Below are positions 1-9,835 of a DNA stretch of 64,000 nucleotides, in pieces (the stretch's first letter is position 1; each line of letters begins with the position of its first letter). Under the pieces are notes generated by a model, which did no database searches, was not told the origin of the DNA, and saw nothing but the letters and a program-made list of their open reading frames with translations. Origin of the DNA: Minisyncoccota bacterium (GTDB lineage: Bacteria > Patescibacteriota > Minisyncoccia > Phycocordibacterales > UBA9973); NCBI GenBank assembly GCA_035510575.1, contig DATKGV010000004.1, forward strand, positions 6,839 to 70,838, in the 5' to 3' direction. A program made the position numbers and the translations under genes.

Positions 1-250
1 AAGGCTTCAATCTCCATAAGAACATGGGTAAAAAGTTCGTCCGATATATCCTCATTCTTAAATTCAACTTTCCGTTTAAAATTATTCACTTCCAAAAATA
101 GCCTGCGTTTTTTGTCCTCAAAATTATATAGAACGACCAGAGCGAAAGATCCGTCCAGTTTTTCGTGGTACCACAGGGTGGCTTTTTCTCCTTCCCATAT
201 GTGTCCGTTTTTTCTCAGATTTTCAAAAGGGTCCAGCTCAACTTTTGGCA
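1..250 (-). CDS. hypothetical protein, partial (start codon at 250; gene continues past the left window edge)
   Basis: Open frame on minus strand reading MPKVELDPFENLRKNGHIWEGEKATLWYHEKLDGSF... to position 1. Absent from the ORF track because it is truncated. Lies in the higher-GC island. Confidence 0.35.
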
Positions 251-293
251 TGCTAATAAATTAGCATACTATTTTGTTTTTTCGTAATGTCCT

Positions 294-656
294 GTGGATT
301 CAAAGTTCACTTTTTATAAGCAAAATGATACACTTGGATTTAGCATGATACCCGACGAAGAAAAAAATGCCATATGGAGAGAAATATCTCCCGATCTGAT
401 AAAGGCTTTTTTGTCAGTGAAGAATGAAGAAGAACTAAAAGCTTTTTTTCGGGATCTTATGAGCGAAAGGGATCTGAGAGAATTGCAGATGCGGTGGGAT
501 GTCGCGAAAAAGCTCGATGCGGGCGTTCCGTTTACTCAAATCTCAGAGGAGTCCGGTCAGTCTCCGGTGACTATCACAAAAATCAATCGCTGGCTTAAAG
601 AGGGATGCGGCGGATATAAAATGATGATAGATCGCATGAAAGACGGGCAGAAATAA
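294..656 (+). CDS. YerC/YecD-type TrpR-like DNA-binding protein
   Basis: 120 aa. C-terminal pattern ...ISEESGQSPVTITKINRWLKEG... matches the Trp-repressor-like YerC family (compare B. subtilis YerC ISEKTGASTATISRVKRCLNYG). Confidence 0.7.
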   Translation: MDSKFTFYKQNDTLGFSMIPDEEKNAIWREISPDLIKAFLSVKNEEELKAFFRDLMSERDLRELQMRWDVAKKLDAGVPFTQISEESGQSPVTITKINRWLKEGCGGYKMMIDRMKDGQK

Positions 657-749
657 TTAGGACTATATCCAATAAAACTATACACTGAAAAAGGATCGGC
701 AATCGCCGACGTTCTTTTCATTTTAATAACAACCAAAAAGGAGGATCTC

Positions 750-1757
750 ATGAAATTTGTAAATCGGGTATCTCGTCGTGGAACTTACGTGGTTACTTTC
801 GATGCTGAGAGCCGTCTTCAAGCCTACAGAGCGGGAGGGCTTAATGTCCCGCACCAGTATGATCCGCTCTTTGGAAATTTTCACCGAATTCTTTCGGAGA
901 AATTAAAGAGCGCTCTGCCCGATGTGAACATACATACGGTCGGCATGGGGAGAGTGAGGCTCAAAATTTGGAAAGAGGTCGAGAATCGCATTCAAGACAT
1001 GACCCATCAGGTCGTGCTAAGCACCTGCCAAGAAATTGCAGACTCAACCCCAAGGAGCGAAGGTCTTGTCCTTAACATCAACCGATTGTTCAACACGGAA
1101 GGGGAAATGATTGAGTACGGTCCGCGACACGGTTTCAAACCGCTTGATGAGCAATTCAAAGAACTAGCGGAAAAGATCGCTGGTCGGTCCGTCGTCCTCA
1201 TTGAAGACGGCGCATTTACCGGCGGCACGATTCTCTATGTTTTGAAAGAGCTCAAAGATCTCGGTATCAAGGTTACCGCTGTTGTCATCGGATTTTGCTG
1301 TACGCAAGCGCATCCACTTCTTAAGGAATTGCTAAATGGTGAGCTGGCGGTTGTGGATTCTCTCGAAAATTTAGTCGATTGGATTCCCGACCACGATCTC
1401 ATTCCGTTTATTCCAAATTGTGGGCGCGTTCTCGGGGAGCAATCCTCGTCGGGATACGCACCTGTAAAAACAGTGAGCGGCGCGAGCTGCGCCTACCCCT
1501 ACATTCTGCCGTTCGGCAAAATGGAGAAGTGGGCAACCATGCCATCTGAAGGTGCTCGAGACTTGTCGTGTTTTTGTCTAGACACAAGCATCGAGATCTT
1601 CAGCAGAGTGGGGAACGGAAAAGTAACAATAGGAGAGCTCATAAAGGCTTGCCCGGGGGTTTCTCTTCCCATTGTGGTGGGTGTTCACGAGGATCTTCCT
1701 TCTTTGGATATTGAGGTGGTCAGCTTTCTCCGGCATATGCGAGGAAGGCTCGCGTGA
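750..1757 (+). CDS. phosphoribosyltransferase (type I PRTase) domain protein, function unknown
   Basis: 335 aa. Central PRPP-binding-like motif VVLIEDGAFTGGTILYVLKELKDLGIKVTAVVIGF. GC content clearly higher than the rest of the window. RBS aaaggagg upstream. Confidence 0.5.
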   Translation: MKFVNRVSRRGTYVVTFDAESRLQAYRAGGLNVPHQYDPLFGNFHRILSEKLKSALPDVNIHTVGMGRVRLKIWKEVENRIQDMTHQVVLSTCQEIADSTPRSEGLVLNINRLFNTEGEMIEYGPRHGFKPLDEQFKELAEKIAGRSVVLIEDGAFTGGTILYVLKELKDLGIKVTAVVIGFCCTQAHPLLKELLNGELAVVDSLENLVDWIPDHDLIPFIPNCGRVLGEQSSSGYAPVKTVSGASCAYPYILPFGKMEKWATMPSEGARDLSCFCLDTSIEIFSRVGNGKVTIGELIKACPGVSLPIVVGVHEDLPSLDIEVVSFLRHMRGRLA

Positions 1758-1783
1758 TTCCTTGTTCTTTGCAGCAAAATCAG

Positions 1784-1819
1784 TCGCACCACCTCAAAAA
1801 TGGTGCGACTTTCTATATT
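1784..1819 (+). terminator. rho-independent terminator after the PRTase-like gene
   Basis: Hairpin gtcgcacca-cctcaaaaa-tggtgcgac followed by tttctatatt. Confidence 0.55.
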
Positions 1820-2173
1820 ATCTCAAAAACCCTTATTTCACTTGACTTTTTACTAGTTTTTATTTTTTATAATTGGAATACACATCGTCCTTCTTGACAA
1901 TATTTGCTCACTACACTAGGATGTAGTGACAATCAAATATGAATCCATTGTCCCGGAAGGGATCGGCCGATACTCGGCAAGATGCTAGCAATGGACTTTA
2001 CCAAAGCATCATCTTGCTTTCTCGCTCAGAATAGGAGTAAGATGATAGCACATACCCTCGAGGGTATGCGTCCCAAGCTTGGGATTGGCAGGAGCCGAAT
2101 AATTTATTAAGCGGCTAATGTCGCCAAAAGTCCACTTTGACTAGCATCAGGTGGACTTTTTGGTTGGCATTTT

Positions 2174-3310
2174 ATGAAATTAACTCAAGCCATCGAAGAA
2201 TTCAAAAATTGGAGAGGATTCAAAGTAACCGGACATACGGTCGTGCGCTACGACAGCGCGCTCCGGATTTTTTGCCTTACCATAGGTGATGTTGAAATCG
2301 AGCAAATCCAAATCCAGCACGTTTTGCATTACCTGAAACAAATGGAGTTGCTCGGGTGGAAAAGAAACGGAGTAAATATCGTCGCCCTCGCGCTGCGAAA
2401 GTTTTTTGAATTTTACAATCTTCAAGGATATCGATGCTTGAATGAGTCTCTCATACCTTTGCCAAAAAAAGAATTCAATATCCCACGTGTTGCCAATGAG
2501 AAAGATTTTAATAAATTGGTGAAATCGATTCCTCGCGACCGTGACTCGGTTAACATTCGCAATCTTGCTTTGGTCCACATGGTCTGGGATACTTGGGCGC
2601 GAAGTGGCGAAATAATTTCTCTCGATGGGGACGATTTACAATTTAATAAGGATGGGTCTGGTTTCGCCACTATCAAGACCGAAAAATCGAGAGGCAAACG
2701 ACCGATCCGTGAAATTTTCTGGACAGCTCAAACGAATAAGTACCTGAAGGCATGGCTGAAAGAAAAAGAAAGGATCCAAGACCAGATGGTATTTGAAGAC
2801 GTAGGTGCGGTTTTCATTTCAATCAGAAAATGTGGACCATACGATGTCCGCGGAAAAAGAATGACCAATAGGGGAGTCTGCGAAGTGTTTCGAACCATAT
2901 CGAATCGAGCGGGCTTGCCTTCAATATTCAATGCTCACTCCGCTCGGCACTATGGCGGACGAAAAATTATCAAGGATGGCGGCGCCAGTGCCGACGTCAC
3001 GAACATCCTAGGACACTCTAACCTTGAAAGTTCTCAATTTTATACCATGATGTGGGGTAACGATCTCAGGGAGAGGTGGACTCACTTCCACAACGAACAT
3101 GCTAATCCGAAGCACGATAAGGGTCGGCTAAATAAAAACCTGAAAAGCATCATGAGTTTGAATAATCTGGATAATGCCAAGGAGGTATTCGAATCCTTCA
3201 TAGAATATATGCAGAAGGACAATGTGCCTACCAACGACCAATTTGTCAATCGACCAAAAAGAAACACTGTCATCGATACCGGTCACGGAGGACGGTGGTC
3301 AAAATTCTAG
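2174..3310 (+). CDS. tyrosine-type site-specific recombinase/integrase
   Basis: 378 aa. C-terminal catalytic R..H-x-x-R..H..Y signature (HSARHYGGRKII ... LGHSNLESSQFY). Island GC content differs from the flanking genes. Confidence 0.8.
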   Translation: MKLTQAIEEFKNWRGFKVTGHTVVRYDSALRIFCLTIGDVEIEQIQIQHVLHYLKQMELLGWKRNGVNIVALALRKFFEFYNLQGYRCLNESLIPLPKKEFNIPRVANEKDFNKLVKSIPRDRDSVNIRNLALVHMVWDTWARSGEIISLDGDDLQFNKDGSGFATIKTEKSRGKRPIREIFWTAQTNKYLKAWLKEKERIQDQMVFEDVGAVFISIRKCGPYDVRGKRMTNRGVCEVFRTISNRAGLPSIFNAHSARHYGGRKIIKDGGASADVTNILGHSNLESSQFYTMMWGNDLRERWTHFHNEHANPKHDKGRLNKNLKSIMSLNNLDNAKEVFESFIEYMQKDNVPTNDQFVNRPKRNTVIDTGHGGRWSKF

Positions 3311-3354
3311 GTCAGCGATTTTCCACGGTCCTCATTTTGTAGTATTATTCGACT

Positions 3355-3606
3355 ATGGCAAATAAGCCGAATCAGAAACGAAATGACGAGATCGTCAGAC
3401 TGCACGATTTTGATCCAATAAAATACTCCTTCGTAAATCTTTCAAAGCGTTACAAAAATCCTAAAACCAAAAAGCCCTTGGCCGGATCCACGCTTCATGA
3501 GATTTACATGCGGGAAAAGGCAAAATTAGGCGACGAAAATGCCCAATCTTCCGCTGTTGTAAAGACAAAATACCCCAAATTGATATCCCCTAATAAGAGG
3601 ACTTAA
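3355..3606 (+). CDS. hypothetical basic protein (island cargo)
   Basis: 83 aa ORF directly after the integrase. No recognisable domain. Confidence 0.3.
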   Translation: MANKPNQKRNDEIVRLHDFDPIKYSFVNLSKRYKNPKTKKPLAGSTLHEIYMREKAKLGDENAQSSAVVKTKYPKLISPNKRT

Positions 3607-3875
3607 CTTACTTGCTTCAAATTAGGAGTTGAGGTAAAATGGTTCCTATACGATCTTTGACAACAAAAACAGATTTCGCCCACCTGCCCAGTTTCTGAGA
3701 TACTCGGAATTTGAGCAGGTGAGCGCGTAGGGATTTTCATTAGAAATCCTTATGTGGTAAAATGGAGAGATGAAAAATAATCACTCCAAAATAATATTAT
3801 TCAGTGGTTGGTATGACAATGAACTGGGGTATACATATACGCTTGTTGATCATGTAGTCAAAACAGGGCAGACAA

Positions 3876-4748
3876 TTAAATAATCTCTCCCTTAAACACA
3901 AAAGTAGCGGGGCCACGGAGGATGACGTGGCCTTTGTCGTTTTGAGATAAGAATAATTTACCACCCGGAAATTCCAAAGTTACCTCACTTTGCGTTAGGT
4001 CTTGCCTAACGCTGTTTTTTGTAAGTATGGAATAAACTGCGCAAGCGCCAGTGCCACAGGCAAGAGTGGCACCACAACCGCGCTCCCAGACCTTCACTTT
4101 GTAATAATTATCCCCGCCTGCTCCCGAACTATCGTGAGGGCGGGCAGGATTTACTTTTTCAACTAATTCCATATTTATTTTGTTTGGGAAATTTTTATCA
4201 TTCTCAATTTTAGGACCAATTATTGAAAGGTTATATTTATTTAAATCATCAACAAGTCCGACAGCATGTGGATTACCCATTGATACAAATTCAAATAAAA
4301 TATTTTCAAGTTCCATTGGATTAGCAGGGAAGTCGTTATGAGCAAATACAGGCGCACCCATATCAACAGAATATGTCCCATCTTTATGGCATGTAATTTT
4401 CTTTATGCCAGCTCGCGTATCAATAAATAATTCTTCTTTAAATTGTGAGGTCTGTTCTAAGAAGAATTTCGCCACGCAACGCACCCCATTACCGCACATT
4501 TCAGCTGTTGTTCCATCGGAATTATAATAATTCATAAAACAATCAGCTTTATCCGATGATTCAACTAAAATTACACCATCAGCGCCTATTCCTAAATGCC
4601 TATCACATAAAAACTTTATATATTCAGGCGCAAAATTAACCACACCATTCATGTTATTTATCATGATGAAATCATTGCCGGCGCCGTGATATTTATAGAA
4701 ATTAATCATATATCTTTTATTATACCAATAAAATGGTATAATTATCAC
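3876..4748 (-). CDS. dapF: diaminopimelate epimerase, carrying two in-frame palindromic insertions
   Basis: FYKYHGAGNDFI and CGNGVRCVA DapF motifs, plus ERGCGATLACGTGACA. Contains element A1 (4112-4148, encodes PARPHDSSGAGGD) and B1 (3992-4012, encodes VRQDLTQ). Confidence 0.8.
   Translation of the reverse strand: MIIIPFYWYNKRYMINFYKYHGAGNDFIMINNMNGVVNFAPEYIKFLCDRHLGIGADGVILVESSDKADCFMNYYNSDGTTAEMCGNGVRCVAKFFLEQTSQFKEELFIDTRAGIKKITCHKDGTYSVDMGAPVFAHNDFPANPMELENILFEFVSMGNPHAVGLVDDLNKYNLSIIGPKIENDKNFPNKINMELVEKVNPARPHDSSGAGGDNYYKVKVWERGCGATLACGTGACAVYSILTKNSVRQDLTQSEVTLEFPGGKLFLSQNDKGHVILRGPATFVFKGEII
3992..4012. repeat. family B palindrome B1 (gcgttaggtcttgcctaacgc), in-frame in dapF
   Basis: Stem gcgttagg / cctaacgc around loop tcttgc. 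Encodes VRQDLTQ. Confidence 0.7.
4112..4148. repeat. GC-rich hairpin element A1 (family A), in-frame in dapF
   Basis: ccccgcctgctcccgaactatcgtgagggcgggcagg. Near-identical to 41008-41043 and the reverse complement of 21064-21103. Confidence 0.75.
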
Positions 4749-4750
4749 AT

Positions 4751-5182
4751 ATGAAAATCTACATTGGAGCAGATCATGCAGGATATGAATTAAAAGAAAA
4801 TCTTAAAACTTATTTAACAGGACTTGGTTTAGAGGTTATTGATAAGGGCGCATTTGAATTAAATAATAATGACGATTATCCTGATTTTATTACACCAGTA
4901 GCGGAAGCAGTAGCCAAAGAAGAAAGTTTCGGTGTTATTATCGGTGGTTCAGGCCAAGGTGAAGCTATGTGTGCCAATCGGGTAGCAGGCATTAGAGCTT
5001 CAGTTTATTATGGTCATTCTTTAGATATAATAAAAATAACAAGAGAGCATAATAATGCCAACATCCTTTCATTAGGCGCACGATTTATAACAATCGATGA
5101 AGCAAAAGAAGCTATCAAATTATTTATTGATACTAAATTTAGCGGTGACGAAAGGCACATTCGTAGAATTAGGAAATTTTAA
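4751..5182 (+). CDS. rpiB: ribose-5-phosphate isomerase B
   Basis: MKIYIGADHAGYELKENL... plus GGSGQGEAMCANR, typical of RpiB/LacAB. Confidence 0.85.
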   Translation: MKIYIGADHAGYELKENLKTYLTGLGLEVIDKGAFELNNNDDYPDFITPVAEAVAKEESFGVIIGGSGQGEAMCANRVAGIRASVYYGHSLDIIKITREHNNANILSLGARFITIDEAKEAIKLFIDTKFSGDERHIRRIRKF

Positions 5183-5185
5183 ATT

Positions 5186-5872
5186 ATGACAGAAATAATA
5201 CCGGCGATATTAGCCAAAGATTTTGAAGAATTGCGCGAAAAAATTTCACGATTTGCAAGTGTGGCGAGAACTGTGCAGATAGATGTCTGCGACGGCAAAT
5301 TTGTGCCATCTGTCTCATGGCCGATGCACGCAGGAGATAAAGAAAGCGTATCGGCAATAATAAATGAAGAAGAGGGTTTGCCATATTGGGATTCGCTTGA
5401 TTTTGAATTTGACTTAATGGTCAAAGATGCTCACAAGCAATTTGAATTTTTTACGCGGCTGGGAGCCAAAAGGATTGTTTTTCATTTGGAAGCAGAAGAT
5501 GAAAAAGACCTTAAAGAATTTTTGGAGGGTTTGGATATGTATACGAAAGAAAATATACAAATAGGTTTAGCTATCAATATCACGACAAATGTTGATAAAT
5601 TATTTCCCTTTATAAATCTGATTGATTTTGTGCAATGCATGGGAATAGATCATATTGGTTTTCAAGGCCAGCCCTTTGATGAACGCGACCTAAAACAGAT
5701 ATCAACATTGCGGGCAAATTATAGAGAACTTATAATAAGCGTAGACGGAGGCGTAAATAACCGCACAGCGCCTATGATGGTGAAAGCCGGAGCTAATAGA
5801 TTAATAGTAGGTTCAGCTCTCATCAACAGTCATGATATTTATGAGACAATCAAAGAATTAGAAAATTTATAA
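5186..5872 (+). CDS. rpe: ribulose-phosphate 3-epimerase family protein
   Basis: IIPAILAKDF ... QIDVCDGKFVPS resembles the RPE N-terminal motifs (IAPSILSADF / HVDVMDGHFVPN). 228 aa. Confidence 0.65.
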   Translation: MTEIIPAILAKDFEELREKISRFASVARTVQIDVCDGKFVPSVSWPMHAGDKESVSAIINEEEGLPYWDSLDFEFDLMVKDAHKQFEFFTRLGAKRIVFHLEAEDEKDLKEFLEGLDMYTKENIQIGLAINITTNVDKLFPFINLIDFVQCMGIDHIGFQGQPFDERDLKQISTLRANYRELIISVDGGVNNRTAPMMVKAGANRLIVGSALINSHDIYETIKELENL

Positions 5873-5873
5873 A

Positions 5874-6743
5874 ATGGAAAATCTTACCGACACAAAAGTA
5901 AAAGAATTGGAGATTCAGGCCAATGATATACGGGAGAGCATTATTGAAATGCTTGTTGAAGCAGGATCGGGCCATACTGCCGGCCCGCTTGGAATGGCTG
6001 ATATTTTCACTTTGCTTTATTTTCATGCCATGAAGCATGATCCTAAAAATCCGGAATGGCCGGATCGTGATCGATTGGTGCTTTCAAATGGCCATATATG
6101 CCCGGTACTTTACGCCACAATGGCTCATGCCGGTTATATGCCTATGGATGAGCTAAAAACATTGCGTAAGTTCGGTTCGCGCCTTCAAGGCCATCCGCAT
6201 CGGGAATATATGCCTTGGCTTGAGAATTCTTCAGGTCCGCTTGGAGCCGGCCTTTCACAAGCCATCGGCATGGCTCTTGCTGACCGTATGAATAATGGAG
6301 TAAGCACAAATAAAACAATTTACGCTCTGCTGTCTGATGGCGAACACGACGAAGGAAATACTTGGGAAGCAGTGCTTCTTGCCGGCAAGGAAAAATTGCG
6401 CAATCTTCTGGCAATAGTTGATCGCAACAATATTCAGATTGACGGACCAACGGAAAAAATAATGCCGCTTGGCGACCTTGGTTTGAAATATGAGCAATTC
6501 GGCTGGCATGTGCAAGAAATAGACGGGCATAATTTTAATGAAATAAATGACGCAATCAATAGAGCAAAAGCAGTTTATGACAAACCGTCGGTTATAATTG
6601 CTCGCACAATACCAGGCAAAGGAGTGAAAGAATTTGAACGCGATTATCGCTGGCATGGCGTTCCGCCGAATAAAGAGCAGGGAGAGATGGCGCTTAAAGA
6701 ATTGCGCGCCCTTGGCGAGAAAATCAAAAGCAAACAGGAATAA
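5874..6743 (+). CDS. tkt: transketolase, N-terminal (TPP-binding) subunit
   Basis: GSGHTAGPLGMADIF ... NGH ... DGEHDEGNTWEA. Split-gene arrangement with the C-terminal subunit immediately downstream. Confidence 0.85.
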   Translation: MENLTDTKVKELEIQANDIRESIIEMLVEAGSGHTAGPLGMADIFTLLYFHAMKHDPKNPEWPDRDRLVLSNGHICPVLYATMAHAGYMPMDELKTLRKFGSRLQGHPHREYMPWLENSSGPLGAGLSQAIGMALADRMNNGVSTNKTIYALLSDGEHDEGNTWEAVLLAGKEKLRNLLAIVDRNNIQIDGPTEKIMPLGDLGLKYEQFGWHVQEIDGHNFNEINDAINRAKAVYDKPSVIIARTIPGKGVKEFERDYRWHGVPPNKEQGEMALKELRALGEKIKSKQE

Positions 6744-6748
6744 ACATT

Positions 6749-7750
6749 ATGCTTAATCAATCGTTAAAATTAAATACAAAAGTTTTCAATGAAGATGTTG
6801 AACAGATTCCCATTCGCCAAGGTTTCGGCGAGGGCTTGCTTGCCGCCGGAATTGAGAATGAAAATATTGTCGGGCTTTGCGCCGATCTTACAGAATCCAC
6901 AAAAATGAATTTATTTGCTGAGAAATTTCCGGAAAGATTCATAGAGATTGGCGTTGCTGAACAGAATTTAGCAACAGTGGCTTCAGGCATGGCGGCCATG
7001 GGCAAGATTCCTTTCGTTTCTTCTTATGCAATGTTTTCCCCGGGACGCAATTGGGAGCAGATTCGCACTACCATTTGCTACAATGACCGCCCTGTAAAAA
7101 TTGCCGGTTCTCATGCTGGCGTATCTGTAGGGCCGGATGGTGGCACGCATCAAGCTATTGAAGACATAGCCATTACTCGCGTAATGCCCAATATGGTTGT
7201 TATTTCGCCGTGTGACGCCATAGAAGCCAAAAAAGCGACAATGGCATGCGCTAAGACCAAAGAACCGACATATTTGCGCCTAGCTCGCGAAAAAACGCCA
7301 ATTATAACTACAACAGACACTCCTTTTGAAATAGGCAGAGCGCAAATAGTATTCACACCGGAAATCGGACTGGCGCAGGTCGGAATTATCGCGACTGGAG
7401 CATTGCTTTATAAGGCGCTTATAGTAGCTCATAATTTAGAAAAGAAAGGCATTAAAATAAAAGTTATGAATTTATCCACTATCAAGCCCCTTGATACGGA
7501 AGCGATTATTGCTCTTGCTAAAGAAACGAAAGCCATAGTCACAGTAGAAGAGCATCAGATAGCAGGCGGTATGGGCAGCGCTATTGCTGAATGTTTGGTG
7601 CAAAATTATCCAGTACCGATAGAATTTATCGGGGTTAAAAATAAATTCGGCCAGTCAGGCACGCCTGCGGAACTCATAGAACATTACGAGATGGGAGTTT
7701 CGCATATAATTTCGGCAGTTGAGAAAGTTTTAAAAAGAAAATTAGTTTAA
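6749..7750 (+). CDS. tkt: transketolase, C-terminal (pyrimidine-binding) subunit
   Basis: RQGFGEGL ... FIEIGVAEQNLATVASGMAAMGKIPFVSSYAMF. Confidence 0.85.
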   Translation: MLNQSLKLNTKVFNEDVEQIPIRQGFGEGLLAAGIENENIVGLCADLTESTKMNLFAEKFPERFIEIGVAEQNLATVASGMAAMGKIPFVSSYAMFSPGRNWEQIRTTICYNDRPVKIAGSHAGVSVGPDGGTHQAIEDIAITRVMPNMVVISPCDAIEAKKATMACAKTKEPTYLRLAREKTPIITTTDTPFEIGRAQIVFTPEIGLAQVGIIATGALLYKALIVAHNLEKKGIKIKVMNLSTIKPLDTEAIIALAKETKAIVTVEEHQIAGGMGSAIAECLVQNYPVPIEFIGVKNKFGQSGTPAELIEHYEMGVSHIISAVEKVLKRKLV

Positions 7751-8739
7751 TTTATCTTCTTTGGCTTATAATCAGCTGGAGCATTTTTGAGATAATCCAA
7801 AAGAGCTTCTTGCGTAAGCAATCCTTTTTGCGCGCCGACTTTCAGCACGACAGACATGGCATTAATCGGCGCCCACATCAACGCTTCAGGAATGGTCTTG
7901 CCCAAAAGAAGAGCCGTAGTAAAAGTGGAAGAGAAAGCGTCTCCCGCGCCAGTACGCTCATATGGCACATGAGGATAGACCGGCATGAACCAAGCATCTG
8001 TTCCATCATAGGCATAAGCGCCGTTGATGCTGTCAGTCATAACCACGATTTTAGGACCAAGGCCTCGCAGCATGCTCATAAGCTTTATTTTATCTTCTTC
8101 CTCGCTTCCAAGTATGCGCTGTGCTTCTTCAACATTGCAGAGGAACACTTCCGTGCGGGCATATATGTCTTTCAGAACTTCCACTCCAAGCTTCATCTGG
8201 AATGTTCCCGGCTGAAACGCAAGCTTTGTATTGGGATGCTGTTTCAAATATTCCGCAATTTCCAAATGATATGAAGCGGAGTTTGATGCAAGGGAAGAAA
8301 GATAAATCCATTTTGGTTCTGGCAGATTCATTGGGAAAGAATAGGGGAATTCAGTATGCTTGACCAGTATAGTGCGATCCACATCATACCAAAGAACATA
8401 ATGATAGTTGGAAGCCATTCCCGGAACTTTCATCATGTATTCTGTATTGACATTGTCTTTTATAAGCGACTCCAAATCTCCTTTGCCGATTTCATCATCG
8501 CCAATATAAGATATAAGATATGAATTCACCCCAAGCCGCGAGGCAGACACGGCAGCATTCGGACTGTTGCCGACAGCATGGCATACTTCCACGGATTCAT
8601 AAGGAACTTTGTCTCCAAAGCGAAGGCAAAGCCGGCAATGCTCGCCATGAAGATCGCAAGTCGCTTCAGCATCCGCAATTCTTATAAATGGCTCCGTTAC
8701 TACATCGCCTATAGCAAGAAAATCAATTTGTTTTTCCAT
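7747..8739 (-). CDS. PfkB-family carbohydrate kinase
   Basis: TGAGDAFSSTF motif (the PfkB GAGD box). 330 aa, with an unusual Cys-rich N-terminal insert (CDLHGEHCRLC). Confidence 0.7.
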   Translation of the reverse strand: MEKQIDFLAIGDVVTEPFIRIADAEATCDLHGEHCRLCLRFGDKVPYESVEVCHAVGNSPNAAVSASRLGVNSYLISYIGDDEIGKGDLESLIKDNVNTEYMMKVPGMASNYHYVLWYDVDRTILVKHTEFPYSFPMNLPEPKWIYLSSLASNSASYHLEIAEYLKQHPNTKLAFQPGTFQMKLGVEVLKDIYARTEVFLCNVEEAQRILGSEEEDKIKLMSMLRGLGPKIVVMTDSINGAYAYDGTDAWFMPVYPHVPYERTGAGDAFSSTFTTALLLGKTIPEALMWAPINAMSVVLKVGAQKGLLTQEALLDYLKNAPADYKPKKIN

Positions 8740-8745
8740 ATGACC

Positions 8746-8800
8746 CTTATTATACCCCGTAGTGAAATTTTTAACAAAATTCTACTACAGGGGATATCAC
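8746..8800. repeat. 55-bp conserved palindromic element G1 in a divergent promoter region (second copy at 35541-35594)
   Basis: cttattataccccgtagtgaaatttttaacaaaattctactacaggggatatcac. About 90 percent identical to the copy upstream of the zinc-ribbon ORF. Internal inverted repeat cccgtagt / actacaggg. Confidence 0.6.
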
Positions 8801-8820
8801 AATATGATATAATATTTAAT

Positions 8821-9684
8821 ATGAAAACATTAAGAGAATGTGTAAAAGAGGCATACGAAAAAAAAGTGGCAATCGGCCATTTTAATATTTCAAATCTTGA
8901 AGGTTTGCATGGCGTTTATAATGCTGCGAAAAAATTAAACGTTCCGATTATAATAGGACTTTCAGAAGGGGAAGAAGATTTTGTCGGCAAAGATGAAGCT
9001 GTGGCTCTGATAAAAGAAATCCGAGAGAAAGATCAATATCCAATATTTCTAAATGCCGATCATCATTACAGTTTTGAAACTGTGAAGAATGCTATTGACG
9101 CTGGCTTTGATTCAGTTATCTATGATGGCGCAAATTTAAGTTTTGAAGAAAATTCAAAAATTACCAAACAATGCGTCGAATATGCACGAGAGGTAAGTAA
9201 GCAAACTGGTAGAGATATTTTAGTCGAAGCTGAGCTTGGATACATAGGTTCTGGTTCAAGTATTAAAGAATCAATTCCGGAAGGCGCTGGAATAAAAACA
9301 AAACCAGAAGAAGCTAAAAAATTTGTGGAAGAAACTGACATAGACATGCTTGCACCTTCGGTTGGTTCTATTCATGGACTAATAAAGAGTGGCAAGCCAC
9401 ATATTGATGGGGAACTTGTAAAACAAATTCGTGATATAACTGGCGTGCCATTAGTTCTTCACGGCGGTTCAGGACTTCGTGATGAAGATTTCACAAATGC
9501 CATACAAGCAGGGATTTCAATTGTTCATATAAATACAGAAATACGCGTGGCTTTCACCGAAGCAGTAAAAAAGTTTATAGCCGAAAATCCCAATGAAACT
9601 ACACCTTATAAAATATTAGAGCCAGCTGTTCTTGCAATTGAAAAAGTTGTAGAAGAAAGATTGAAATTGTTTAATAGAATGTAA
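8821..9684 (+). CDS. fba: class II fructose-bisphosphate aldolase
   Basis: MKTLRECVKEAYEKKVAIGHFN ... LNADHH ... EAELG ... LVLHGGSG align with B. subtilis FbaA. The upstream part of the ORF overlaps the kinase and contains the G1 element, so the start is placed at 8821. Confidence 0.85.
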   Translation: MKTLRECVKEAYEKKVAIGHFNISNLEGLHGVYNAAKKLNVPIIIGLSEGEEDFVGKDEAVALIKEIREKDQYPIFLNADHHYSFETVKNAIDAGFDSVIYDGANLSFEENSKITKQCVEYAREVSKQTGRDILVEAELGYIGSGSSIKESIPEGAGIKTKPEEAKKFVEETDIDMLAPSVGSIHGLIKSGKPHIDGELVKQIRDITGVPLVLHGGSGLRDEDFTNAIQAGISIVHINTEIRVAFTEAVKKFIAENPNETTPYKILEPAVLAIEKVVEERLKLFNRM

Positions 9685-9835
9685 TATAAAAAAATCCAGT
9701 AAACTTTAAAAGGTTTACTGGATTAACTCATAGAGAGGTAGGGTTCTTGTTCTCTTAGATTTACATTCGGCGGATTAGCATAAAGCGAATCGGCTATAAT
9801 AAATCGGAATTATCCCTTTAGGAAGAAATTAATCT

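Noticed and set aside
3620-3875. Possible tRNA or att site between the island and dapF (cacctgc...gcaggtg inverted repeat; ggtaaaatgg direct repeat)
   Set aside because: No cloverleaf could be folded by eye and the direct repeat is only 10 nt. It is kept only as part of the island-boundary question.
8578-8820. 5' extension of the aldolase ORF overlapping the PfkB kinase gene
   Set aside because: The N-terminal 81 aa have no aldolase homology, overlap the convergent kinase, and run through the conserved 55-bp G1 element. The start is reassigned to MKTLRE at 8821.
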